Source: an uncultured Clostridia bacterium
GTDB lineage: Bacteria > Bacillota > Clostridia > TANB77 > CAG-508
Direction of reading: 5' to 3'
NCBI GenBank assembly: GCA_944393435.1
Contig: CALYAE010000064.1
Coordinates: 1-38,465 of the forward strand
Length of the DNA stretch: 38,465 nt
A program made the position numbers and the translations under genes. The notes beneath the pieces are model-generated. The model was not told where the DNA came from and did no database searches. It saw only the letters and a program-made list of their open reading frames with translations. This document shows positions 1 to 8,893 of the stretch, piece by piece. Each line of letters opens with the position of its first letter. Within the stretch, counting starts at the first letter, position 1.

Positions 1-1
1 C

Positions 2-628
2 ACAAAAGATATGGCAGATAAAATGGTAGCAGAGTATTTAGAGATACATGATAGTATAGAGCAATATGGAGGATTTTATATTGGAAGATATGAGTTAACA
101 GGAACGATAGGAAGCCCAACAGTAGAAAAGGAAGGGACAGTTATTACTCAGCAGAATTGGTACAATTTAAAGAAAGCATGTATGAGTTTAGTAGATAATA
201 GTGAGAAAGAAGAAAGTGAAATAACAGCAAAGACAACGATGCTTTATGGAAATCAATGGGATGAAGTAGTAGCATGGTTAGAAGAAAAAAGATATAATAC
301 AGAAAATTCTAGCACTTGGGGAAATTATTATAATTATAATGATTCAGTAACAGCAGATAAACAAGTAACAGGTGCAGGAACAAAAGTATTTGAAGCAGGA
401 GCAAGTGAAAATTGGAAAGCAAACAATATCTATGATTTCGCTGGAAATGCTCTTGAATGGACCCAAGAGGCCGATCGCACCGGCAGTCGTGTTTATCGTG
501 GTGGCTATTACAATTATTCTGGATCTAACCGTCCTGCTTCTTACCGCAGCAGCGTCATTCCGAACAGCGTCAACGATCCCGTCTTCTCCACTAGGCCCAC
601 ACTTTATATAAGTAGCACTGAGCAGTGA
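2..628 (+). CDS. 5'-truncated (window edge) FGE/SUMF1-type C-type-lectin-fold protein; candidate DGR target (variable) protein
   Basis: The frame is open from base 2. Motifs GRYELTG, NQWDEVVAW, YDFAGNALEWTQE and RVYRGGYY are typical of the formylglycine-generating-enzyme/CLec fold. The 3' end switches abruptly to GC-rich, A-poor sequence. Confidence 0.6.
   Translation, partial: TKDMADKMVAEYLEIHDSIEQYGGFYIGRYELTGTIGSPTVEKEGTVITQQNWYNLKKACMSLVDNSEKEESEITAKTTMLYGNQWDEVVAWLEEKRYNTENSSTWGNYYNYNDSVTADKQVTGAGTKVFEAGASENWKANNIYDFAGNALEWTQEADRTGSRVYRGGYYNYSGSNRPASYRSSVIPNSVNDPVFSTRPTLYISSTEQ
461..606 (+). other. Putative diversity-generating retroelement variable region (VR) at the C-terminus of the CLec-fold protein
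   Basis: By hand count, 471-600 is about 54% G+C and 19% A inside an AT-rich gene. It encodes RVYRGGYYNYSGSNRPASYRSSVIPNSVNDPVFSTRP, which resembles the CLec VR scaffold (RGG..R....P......FR). No TR or RT lies in the window. Confidence 0.4.
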
Positions 629-679
629 AAGAGTTTATATAAACCAGGAGGACAAAAGAAAAATTAGAACTAACGGATT

Positions 680-720
680 GCGTTCAGGTATTTTCCATAT
701 TGGAGTACCTGAACGCTTTT
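680..720 (+). terminator. Rho-independent terminator after the CLec-fold gene
   Basis: An 11-bp perfect stem gcgttcaggta (680-690) / tacctgaacgc (706-716) with a 15-nt loop is followed by tttt. Confidence 0.6.
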
Positions 721-813
721 ATGCAATTTACACAAAAATACCAAATCCCCTTGCGTAAAAGATAAAATCAGGGTAAAATAGAAGCGAAAACAACAAAAAA
801 TGGGAGAAGAACG

Positions 814-2199
814 ATGAAGAGAAATTTCAGATTTTACCTAGCGCTTTGGATTGCAAAGCTAGCATCTTTTACTTTAAAAATATTAAGAAGAAATGCAACC
901 AATTTTCCAGGGAAAGTTGCCTTAACAATATGTCCAGACTTTTTAGGAAAAATTGAAAAGCCAAAAACCATTGTAGGAGTAACAGGAACCAATGGAAAAA
1001 CTACCGTTTGTAATATGATCAATGATATTTTGGCACAAAATGGATATCAATTTATCAATAATAAATATGGTTCTAATATCAATGAAGGAATTACAACTAC
1101 TCTGCTTCAAGGTTCCAGTTTTTTCGGAAAAGCCAAAAAAGAGTTAGCTATATTAGAAATAGATGAAAGAAGTGCCAATAAAGTTTATCCATATCTCACA
1201 CCAACTTATCTAGTATGTACCAACTTGTTTAGAGATTCTTTAATGAGAAATGCTCACACAGAATTTATTTCTGATATTTTAAATCAGTACATTCCAAAAG
1301 AAACTATTATGATTGAAAATGCAGATGATCTCATTTGTAGCCATATAGCAGAAGAAAATCAAAAAATCTATTTTAGTATTGATCGATTAGAAACAGACAC
1401 AGAATCTTTTCAAAATATTACTAGAGATATCCGCGTTTGTCCAAGATGTTATGCTCCTTTAGAATATGAATATGTAAGATATCATCATATTGGAAAAGCA
1501 CACTGCTCAAAATGTGATTTTGGAACACCTAAACCAACCTATCATGTTACTAATTTAGATTTAGAGAATAAAAAAATGACAGTTGCAAAAGGTGAACAAG
1601 AAGAAGTTTATCATTTGATAAGCGATAATATCATTAACATTTATAACATGTTGGCAGTTATCATTGTTTTAAAACAATTAGGACTATCTCAAAAGCAAAT
1701 TAACCAATCTTTCCAAAATTTAAAAATTGTAGAAACGAGGTATAGCAAAGAAGAATATCAAGGATATGAAATTGTCACACAACTTGCTAAAGGAATGAAT
1801 CCAATTGCTTGTTCTTTAGCATTTGACTATACTAAAAAACAGCCAGGGAATAAAGCTGTGATTCTCATTTTAGATGATTTACATGAAGAAGCACACGGCT
1901 CAGAAAATACTGCTTGGCAGTATGACACAGATTATGAATTTTTAAATGATGAAAGTATTAAACAAATTATTATTGCAGGACCACGCTATTTAGATTCCTA
2001 TATCAGATGTTTAATGGCAGATATTCCGGCAAAAAAAATGGTACATGAAATGGATTTGTTAGAGGCAACTAGTAAGCTAAAATTAGAAGGAATTGATAAA
2101 ATTTTTATCTTACATGATTTGTATTCTATTACAGAAACAAAACAAATCAAGCAAAAAGTAAAAGAAATGATTGATGTCACTTTTGGGGACGTTCCTTAA
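814..2199 (+). CDS. murT: Lipid II isoglutaminyl synthase, Mur-ligase-like subunit MurT
   Basis: Carries the Mur ligase P-loop VGVTGTNGKTTV and the Cys4 ribbon CPRC...CSKC characteristic of MurT. The partner gene gatD follows directly. Confidence 0.85.
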   Translation: MKRNFRFYLALWIAKLASFTLKILRRNATNFPGKVALTICPDFLGKIEKPKTIVGVTGTNGKTTVCNMINDILAQNGYQFINNKYGSNINEGITTTLLQGSSFFGKAKKELAILEIDERSANKVYPYLTPTYLVCTNLFRDSLMRNAHTEFISDILNQYIPKETIMIENADDLICSHIAEENQKIYFSIDRLETDTESFQNITRDIRVCPRCYAPLEYEYVRYHHIGKAHCSKCDFGTPKPTYHVTNLDLENKKMTVAKGEQEEVYHLISDNIINIYNMLAVIIVLKQLGLSQKQINQSFQNLKIVETRYSKEEYQGYEIVTQLAKGMNPIACSLAFDYTKKQPGNKAVILILDDLHEEAHGSENTAWQYDTDYEFLNDESIKQIIIAGPRYLDSYIRCLMADIPAKKMVHEMDLLEATSKLKLEGIDKIFILHDLYSITETKQIKQKVKEMIDVTFGDVP

Positions 2200-2284
2200 A
2201 AGTGACAAAAGTGTCACTTTTAAGGAACGTCCCTAATGGTGACAAAAGTGTCACTTTTAAGGAACGTCCCCAAAAGTGACAAAA
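2176..2284. repeat. Nested palindrome / 37-nt-period direct repeat element overlapping the murT stop codon
   Basis: A perfect 21-22 bp stem is formed by gggacgttccttaaaagtgac (2186-2206) and gtcacttttaaggaacgtccc (2213-2233). The 32-nt unit gtgacaaaagtgtcacttttaaggaacgtccc repeats at 2202-2233 and 2239-2270, and extra aaaagtgac/gtcactttt half-sites lie at 2176-2184 and 2272-2280. Confidence 0.85.
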
Positions 2285-2312
2285 TCATAGTAGCAATAAA
2301 CAAGGAGGAAGC

Positions 2313-3020
2313 ATGATAAACATAGAAATATTATATCCCGAATTTTGTAACTTGAATGGCGATATGGGGAACATTCAATATCTAAAACGTTGTATTCCTG
2401 AAGCACAAATCATAGAAACAACCATTGATAAAACACCAGCCTTTCTTTCAAGAGAGGATGTTTCTTTGGTATATATGGGTACTTTATCTGAAAGAGCCCA
2501 AGAAATTAGTATTCAAAAATTAATGCCATTAAAAGAGCAAATCAAACAAAAAATAAAGCTAGGACAACTTTTTTTATTTACAGGAAATAGCGTTGAAATA
2601 CTAGGAAACTATATTGAAAACGAAGATGGAAGTAAAGTAGAAGGCTTAGGTATTTTTGATGTATATGCCAAAAGAGATATGTTGCATAGACATAATAGTT
2701 TCTTTTTAGGGGAATATCAGGGATTAGAGATATTAGGCTTTAAGAGCCAATTTACCATGTTATATGGTGATAATTCTCAAAACTACTTTACAAAAGCAGA
2801 GCTAGGAATTGGAATTCATTCAGGAACTAATCTAGAAGGGATAAAGGAAAATAACTTTATTGCGACCTATTTGATAGGACCATTCTTAATTTTAAACCCT
2901 TATTTTACTTTAGAACTTATGGAAATGATGGGAATTGAAGAGCCAAAACTTGCTTTTGAAAAAGAAGTTTTAGAGGCTTATGAAGTAAGACTAAAGAAAT
3001 TTAAGTCACTCAAAAACTAA
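2313..3020 (+). CDS. gatD: Lipid II isoglutaminyl synthase, glutaminase subunit GatD (CobQ/GATase-like)
   Basis: The 235-aa product starts with LYPEFCNLNGDMGN, which is GatD-like. The gene sits immediately downstream of murT and has RBS aaggagga. Confidence 0.8.
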   Translation: MINIEILYPEFCNLNGDMGNIQYLKRCIPEAQIIETTIDKTPAFLSREDVSLVYMGTLSERAQEISIQKLMPLKEQIKQKIKLGQLFLFTGNSVEILGNYIENEDGSKVEGLGIFDVYAKRDMLHRHNSFFLGEYQGLEILGFKSQFTMLYGDNSQNYFTKAELGIGIHSGTNLEGIKENNFIATYLIGPFLILNPYFTLELMEMMGIEEPKLAFEKEVLEAYEVRLKKFKSLKN

Positions 3021-3172
3021 ATCTTTATCTAAAAAACAAATTCTAAATGACTTTTAGTTATAAAAAGAGATTACACAAACAGACACAAATCAGAAAGAAT
3101 TTTATAACGACTACTATTGAAAAAAGAAAGCAACTATGATATAAATAAAAAAACGGAGAAAAGAAAAATAAA

Positions 3173-4195
3173 ATGAAAAATATAAAAGACTACAACTTAG
3201 ATGAACTAAAACAAGAACTTCTTTCTTTAGGAGAAAAGCCATTTCGTGCAGAGCAAATTTTTAAGTGGTTATATCAAGAACAAGTAAAAGAATTTGATGA
3301 AATGACCAATCTTTCTTTAGAACTAAGGGAAAAATTAAAACAAAATTACACCATTTGTAATTTTCAAATTTTAAAAAAACAAGAATCAACAGATGGAACC
3401 AAGAAATATTTATTTGATGTATTAGATGGAAATGCAATTGAAACAGTACTTATGCAGTATCATCATGGAAAAACCATTTGTGTTTCTTCCCAAATCGGAT
3501 GTAAGATGGGATGTAAATTTTGTGCCTCTACTGGAATTGCTTTTATTCGTAATCTTACAGCAGGGGAAATTGTAGAACAAGTTCTAGCGGTGCAGCAAGA
3601 TATTGGTGAGAACATTTCAAATATTGTATTTATGGGAATTGGAGAACCTTTTGATAATTATGAAGAGGTAATGAAAGCAGTTAGGATATTCAATCATCCA
3701 AAAGGGCTTAATATTGGAGCAAGGCATATTAGTATTTCAACTTCAGGAATTGTTCCTAGAATTTATGACTTTGCAAAAGAAGAATTGCAATGCACTTTAT
3801 CCATTTCTCTGCATGCAACCAACAATGAAAAAAGAAGTCAAATGATGCCAGTAAATAATGCTTATCCAATAGAAGAATTAATGCAGGCTTGCAAAGATTA
3901 TATTAAAAAAACGAATAAACGTATTTCTTTTGAATATGCTTTGGCAAAAGAAAATAACGATAATCTAGAAGATGCCAAAGAATTAGTAAATTTATTAAAA
4001 GGAATGTTATGTCATGTGAATTTAATTCCTATTAATAAAATTGAAAATGGGCAATTTGTAAAAAGTAGTAATGAAGCCATTTTCAGGTTTCGAGATTATT
4101 TAAATGATCATGGAATTGTAGCAACTATTAGAAGAGAACTTGGTAGTGACATAGATGCAGCTTGTGGACAATTAAGAAGAAATCATGTTAAATGA
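3173..4195 (+). CDS. rlmN: 23S rRNA/tRNA adenine-C2 methyltransferase RlmN (radical SAM)
   Basis: Has the radical-SAM motif CKMGCKFC and a C-terminal ACGQL motif. It occupies the conserved position upstream of stp-pknB. Confidence 0.9.
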   Translation: MKNIKDYNLDELKQELLSLGEKPFRAEQIFKWLYQEQVKEFDEMTNLSLELREKLKQNYTICNFQILKKQESTDGTKKYLFDVLDGNAIETVLMQYHHGKTICVSSQIGCKMGCKFCASTGIAFIRNLTAGEIVEQVLAVQQDIGENISNIVFMGIGEPFDNYEEVMKAVRIFNHPKGLNIGARHISISTSGIVPRIYDFAKEELQCTLSISLHATNNEKRSQMMPVNNAYPIEELMQACKDYIKKTNKRISFEYALAKENNDNLEDAKELVNLLKGMLCHVNLIPINKIENGQFVKSSNEAIFRFRDYLNDHGIVATIRRELGSDIDAACGQLRRNHVK

Positions 4196-4235
4196 AATTA
4201 TTGCTATCACATAGAAAAACAAGGAGGATTACTAG

Positions 4236-4962
4236 ATGATAAGTTTTGCTAAAACTGATGTTGGCAAAGCAAGAGATATGAATCAAGATTACTATTATAT
4301 CCCAGAAGCAGGAAGTAAATTAGAGCTCTATATCTTAGCAGACGGAATGGGTCGGATATAATGGAGGCGAAGTAGCAAGTTGCTTAGCAACACAAAGTAC
4401 AAAAAACTACATAGAAAATAATTTTAATCAAATAGAACACACCAAAGAAGCAATTCTAAAGCTAATCAAAGATGCAATGGAATACGCCAATATGGTGGTA
4501 TATGAAAAATCAAAAAACGAAGAACAATTGCAAGGAATGGGTACTACTTTAGATGTTTGCTTCATATATAATAATAAGATTTATATAGGACATGTCGGAG
4601 ATAGTAGAATATATCGTATCCGAGGGGAAATCATCCGAAAACTAACCAAAGATCATAGTTATGTACAACAATTAGTAGAGGATGGCAAAATCACTAAGGA
4701 AGAAGCAAATCATCACCCTAAAAAAAATATGCTTTTAAAGGCATTAGGTTGTACCTCTTATGTGGAGCCAGATATCAGGGCTAGAAACCTTGAAAAAAAC
4801 GATATCTTGCTTATGTGTTCAGACGGATTAACCAATATGGTAGATGACAAAACAATCTATCAAACTGTAAGGGAAAATCCACAAACTGCCTCAGAAAAAT
4901 TAGTAGAACTTGCAAATGAGGCAGGAGGATATGATAATATTACAGTTATCACAATCAAATAA
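4236..4962 (+). CDS. stp: PP2C-family Ser/Thr phosphatase Stp/PrpC; reading frame interrupted by one extra C at 4353
   Basis: The N-terminal part, MISFAKTDVGKARDMNQDYY...ADGMG, is in frame 0 and stops at 4359-4361. The rest, GYNGGEVAS...GGYDNITVI, is in frame +1. Skipping c4353 gives a collinear PP2C of about 242 aa. Confidence 0.8.
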
Positions 4963-5003
4963 CGAAAAGTATAAAAAATGTTCATAAATAAGGAGAGAAA
5001 CTT

Positions 5004-6977
5004 ATGAATTTAGTAGGTAAAGTAATTGGAAATCGATATGAAATACTGGAAAAAATCGGAGAAGGCGGTATGGCCACGGTTTATAAAGCCAGATGTAATA
5101 TTCTAAAACGATATGTAGCAGTAAAAGTATTAAGAGATGAATTTATAACCGATGAAGAATTTATCAAAAGGTTTAATACAGAGGCACAAGCAGCAGCAAG
5201 CCTTACTCATCCTAATATTGTTTCTATTTTTGATGTAGGTCATGAAGAAAATATTTATTATATTGTTATGGAATTGGTACAAGGAAAAACATTAAAAGAA
5301 ATCATTAGCCAAGATGGTGTACTTCCATGGAAATGGTCTGTTAATATTGCCATTCAAGTAGCTTCTGCTTTAGAAACAGCACATAAAAATAATATTGTCC
5401 ATCGAGATATCAAACCACATAATATTATGATTACAGAAGATGGAATTGCAAAAGTAACTGATTTTGGAATCGCAAAAGCAGTTTCTAATTCTACCATTAC
5501 TGCCTTTGGAACTACCATTGGTTCTGTACATTATTTTTCACCAGAACATGCACGTGGTGGATTTACAGATGCTAAATCTGACCTATATTCTTTAGGTGTA
5601 GTGATGTATGAAATGCTAACTGGAAGAGTTCCTTTTGATGCAGATACACAAGTATCTATTGCTTTAAAACACATGCAAGAAAAACCAGTAGAACCAATCA
5701 AGTTAAATCCTTCTATTCCTTATGCAGTGAATAAAATTATCATGAAAGCAATGGAAAAAGATATTAGCCAAAGATATCAAAGTGCAACAGAAATGCTAAA
5801 AGACTTAAGTATGGCTTTAAAAGATCCAGAGGGAAGTTTTGTAAAGAAAAATAGTGAAACTATGGTATATACCCAAAGAATTCCTACTTTAGGAGAAACC
5901 ATGGTAAAAGAAGATGAAGAAGAACCAAAGGCAAAAAAGAAAACCGGATATTTTGCTACTCACCCAAAAGCAAAGAAAGTTTGGATTATAGTAGCTATTA
6001 TTGCAGTATTAATTGCATTGCCAATCATTGGATTTTTTGCAACACAGGCTCTTTTAAGTATGGGACAGCCAAAAGATGTTGATTTACCAAATTTAGTAGG
6101 TAAAACCATAGAAGAAGTAAGGCAAGAACTACAAGAAACAAACTTTGTTTTAGAAGAGCAACAAGCATTTGATGAAGAAGTAGAAGCAGGAAGAATTATT
6201 TCACAAGAACCTCCTTTTGTAGAAGGATATAAGGTAAAAGAAGATTCTACAATTACAGTAGTAGTTAGTAAGGGAATAGAACTTGTTACAATGAAAAAAG
6301 TGGTAGGAATGACTTATCAAGAAGCAGAATCTATTTTGAAAGATGAATTAGAGCTAGAAGTAGAAAGAATTGATGAAACTAGTCAAACAGTGGAAGCAGG
6401 TTATGTAACAAGGCAAAGTATAGAAGAAGGAGAAGAAGTTAAAAAAGGAGAAAAGGTAACCATTTACGTAAGTAGTGGAACTGGAATTAAAGAAGTATCA
6501 GTACCACATGTAGTAGGGGATACAGAAGCAGATGCAAAAGAAAAATTATCAGATTTAGATGTAACAGTTGTTTATGAAGAAGATGCTACAAAAGTAGATG
6601 GAAGAGTTATCGACCAAAGTATTGCAGCTGGTACAACAGTAGAGGAAAAAACCAAGATTACAATTACCGTAAATAGAATAGAGGCTCTTAAAACAGGAAC
6701 GATTAACTTAAATTTAAAATCTTTACTTGCAAGAACTAATGAAGATGTTATCGAAACAGATGAAAATGGAGTAGAATTAAATGCAGAAGTGGCAGTAAGA
6801 ATTGATGTAAATGATGAACCAATCCATTCAGTATCTTATAGAAGGGATAAAACAGATATTTCTGTAAATATTCAAGGAAAAGGAACTGTAACAGTTAAAG
6901 TATTTGTAGATGGTGTTCGCAAAGATATTCAGCAATTTGATTTAACGGTGGATAATCCAGTTCTTACTATTGACTAA
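5004..6977 (+). CDS. pknB: PASTA-domain Ser/Thr protein kinase PknB/PrkC
   Basis: Contains the Hanks kinase motifs GEGGMATVYKA, HRDIKPHN and DFGIA, followed by a TM helix and then three PASTA-like repeats. It lies downstream of stp. Confidence 0.9.
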   Translation: MNLVGKVIGNRYEILEKIGEGGMATVYKARCNILKRYVAVKVLRDEFITDEEFIKRFNTEAQAAASLTHPNIVSIFDVGHEENIYYIVMELVQGKTLKEIISQDGVLPWKWSVNIAIQVASALETAHKNNIVHRDIKPHNIMITEDGIAKVTDFGIAKAVSNSTITAFGTTIGSVHYFSPEHARGGFTDAKSDLYSLGVVMYEMLTGRVPFDADTQVSIALKHMQEKPVEPIKLNPSIPYAVNKIIMKAMEKDISQRYQSATEMLKDLSMALKDPEGSFVKKNSETMVYTQRIPTLGETMVKEDEEEPKAKKKTGYFATHPKAKKVWIIVAIIAVLIALPIIGFFATQALLSMGQPKDVDLPNLVGKTIEEVRQELQETNFVLEEQQAFDEEVEAGRIISQEPPFVEGYKVKEDSTITVVVSKGIELVTMKKVVGMTYQEAESILKDELELEVERIDETSQTVEAGYVTRQSIEEGEEVKKGEKVTIYVSSGTGIKEVSVPHVVGDTEADAKEKLSDLDVTVVYEEDATKVDGRVIDQSIAAGTTVEEKTKITITVNRIEALKTGTINLNLKSLLARTNEDVIETDENGVELNAEVAVRIDVNDEPIHSVSYRRDKTDISVNIQGKGTVTVKVFVDGVRKDIQQFDLTVDNPVLTID

Positions 6978-7035
6978 CTTTATCTAAAATCTACCAAAAA
7001 AGAGGGTTCCTAAAATTAAAATAAGATCATTCTAC

Positions 7036-7137
7036 AAAAAATATAATGATTCTTGCGCCTTGTTGTCGCAGGTAAACCTGCTCCATTCGCGCTTCGCTTG
7101 GTCGCTACGCGGCTGCTTCGAATTCATTATATTTTTT
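7036..7137 (+). repeat. GC-rich ~100-bp MITE-like / structured repeat element, copy A
   Basis: AT-rich terminal inverted repeats aaaaaatataatgattc ... gaattcattatatttttt enclose a GC-rich core. The element is near-identical to the reverse complement of 8764-8866. Confidence 0.8.
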
Positions 7138-7214
7138 GTATTCTTTTAAATTTATTATCTTAGGGCATCCGCTTTTGGTAAAATACAAGAAAAATAAAAT
7201 AGGAGAAAAACGTA

Positions 7215-8100
7215 GTGTTAAAAGGAATTATTATTCATGCAAGTTCAAACCTATACCAAGTAGAGGCAAATAAAAAGATATATGCTTGTTTGGTAAGAGG
7301 AAAATTTAAAAAAGAAAAAATGACTCCTCTTGTGGGTGATTTTGTGGAATTTACCATCACAGATGAAATAAAAAAAGAAGGAGTAATAGAAAACCTCCTT
7401 CCTAGAAAAAACGTTTTAAAGCGTCCTAAAATGGCAAATTTAACACAACTAATTTTAGTAGTTTCCATGAATATGCCAAAACCAGATTTATTATTATTAG
7501 ACAAACAATTAGCATTTTCTGAGTACTTAAAAATCAAATCTCTAATTTGTTTTAATAAAATAGATTTAGCAGAAGAAAACCAAATACAAGAAATAAAAGA
7601 AATCTATGAAAAAATAGGATATCCTGTGATTCTTACAAACGCGACTGAAAAAAGCCAAGCTCAAAAATTATATCCTTTTTTAAAAAATCAAATTACAGCA
7701 TTAGCTGGAAATTCAGGAGTGGGGAAGTCTACTTTTATTAATGCAATTTTCGAAAATTCCTTAACTCAAGAAGGAAATATTAGCATTAAAAATGAAAGAG
7801 GAAAAAATACAACCACTTCTGTTACCTTATACTCTTATGGAGAAGATAGCTATATTGCTGATACGCCAGGGTTTTCTACTTTTGAAATTACAGAAATTCC
7901 AAAAGAGGATTTAGCACATTATTTTATCGAATTTGTACCATATTTAGACAAATGTGAATTCGCAGGCTGTACTCATACAAAAGAAGAGCAGTGTCGGAGT
8001 AAAAAAAGCTGTAACAGAAAAAATAATAAGTAAAACAAGATATGAAAATTATTTAAAAATGTATCAAGAATTAAAACAGTGGGAGGAGAGAAGATGGTAG
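7215..8100 (+). CDS. rsgA: Ribosome small-subunit biogenesis GTPase RsgA; C-terminal frame interrupted by one extra C at 7995
   Basis: GTG start. Contains the circularly permuted GTPase motifs NKIDL and GNSGVGKST and the zinc motif CEFAGCTH..C. After c7995 is skipped the frame reads GVKKAVTEKIISKTRYENYLKMYQELK and stops at 8098-8100, overlapping the rpe ATG. Confidence 0.85.
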
Positions 8101-8753
8101 AAGTATCAGCATCTATCTTAAGTGTCAAAAAAGAAAATGCAATTCAAACCTTATATAATTTAGAAGTAGCCAAAATAGATTATTTTCACATTGATGTCAT
8201 GGACGGAGAATTTGTTAAAAATAATACGATAGATCAAATGCTAGAGTATTGCGAATACTTAAGTAGTATTTCAACTATACCCTTAGATGTTCATTTAATG
8301 GTAAAAGATGTGAAAAGCTATATTACTAGTTTTTCTGTGTTTGAACCAAATATCATCACTTTTCATCTAGAAGCTGCAAAAAATAAACAAGAAGTAATGG
8401 AATGGATTACATTGATTAAAGAAAATCATTGTAGAGTAGGAATTAGTATAAAGCCAGATACTGCTTTGCAAGAGCTTTATGAATATTTACCATATATTCA
8501 TCTAATATTAGTCATGACAGTAGAACCAGGAGAAGGTGGACAAAAATTAATAGAAAGTACCATTTCAAAAATAGAAAACTTGAAAAAATATATAGAAGAA
8601 AATGCTCTAGAAACACAGATTGAAGTAGATGGAGGAATTCAGCTAAAAAATGCGGAAGTTTTAAAACAAGCAGGAGCAGATATTCTTGTTTCAGGAAATG
8701 GCATTTTAAACTCTGAAGATTATGAAAAAACAGTAAAAGAATTAAAAGTATAG
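8094..8753 (+). CDS. rpe: Ribulose-phosphate 3-epimerase
   Basis: Contains the motifs SILS, FHIDVMDG, MTVEPGEGGQ and VDGG. It holds the conserved position after rsgA. Start chosen at the ATG at 8094. Confidence 0.9.
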   Translation: MVEVSASILSVKKENAIQTLYNLEVAKIDYFHIDVMDGEFVKNNTIDQMLEYCEYLSSISTIPLDVHLMVKDVKSYITSFSVFEPNIITFHLEAAKNKQEVMEWITLIKENHCRVGISIKPDTALQELYEYLPYIHLILVMTVEPGEGGQKLIESTISKIENLKKYIEENALETQIEVDGGIQLKNAEVLKQAGADILVSGNGILNSEDYEKTVKELKV

Positions 8754-8763
8754 ATATAATTCT

Positions 8764-8866
8764 AAAAAATATAATGATTCGTAAGCGCCGCGTAGCGACC
8801 AAGCGAAGCGCGAATGGAGCAGATTTATCTGCGGGGCAACAAGGCGCAAGAATCATTATATTTTTT
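8764..8866 (-). repeat. GC-rich ~100-bp MITE-like / structured repeat element, copy B (inverted relative to copy A)
   Basis: Its reverse complement aligns with 7036-7137 over nearly the full length and has the same terminal inverted repeats. The central hairpin is GCAGA-TAAA-TCTGC, versus GCAGG-TAAA-CCTGC in copy A. Confidence 0.8.
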
Positions 8867-8893
8867 AGAATTTTAAAACTCTTTTCTAAAATC

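Noticed and set aside
372-611. 79-aa ORF overlapping the CLec-fold gene in another frame
   Set aside because: It lies entirely within the better-supported frame and exists only because the GC-rich VR-like segment lacks stops. No motif or RBS.
645-680. AGGAGGA-like RBS at about 645 after the CLec gene, as the start of a DGR accessory gene (avd)
   Set aside because: No start codon or ORF follows. The next element is a terminator hairpin, and then murT.
834-2180. Antisense ORFs inside murT (834-1022, 1998-2180) and similar 60-140 aa antisense ORFs throughout the track (for example 7235-7537, 13868-14218, 22949-23258, 35325-35654, 38041-38331)
   Set aside because: They are embedded antisense to strongly supported conserved genes, have low-complexity composition typical of AT-rich reverse frames, and show no RBS or start context.
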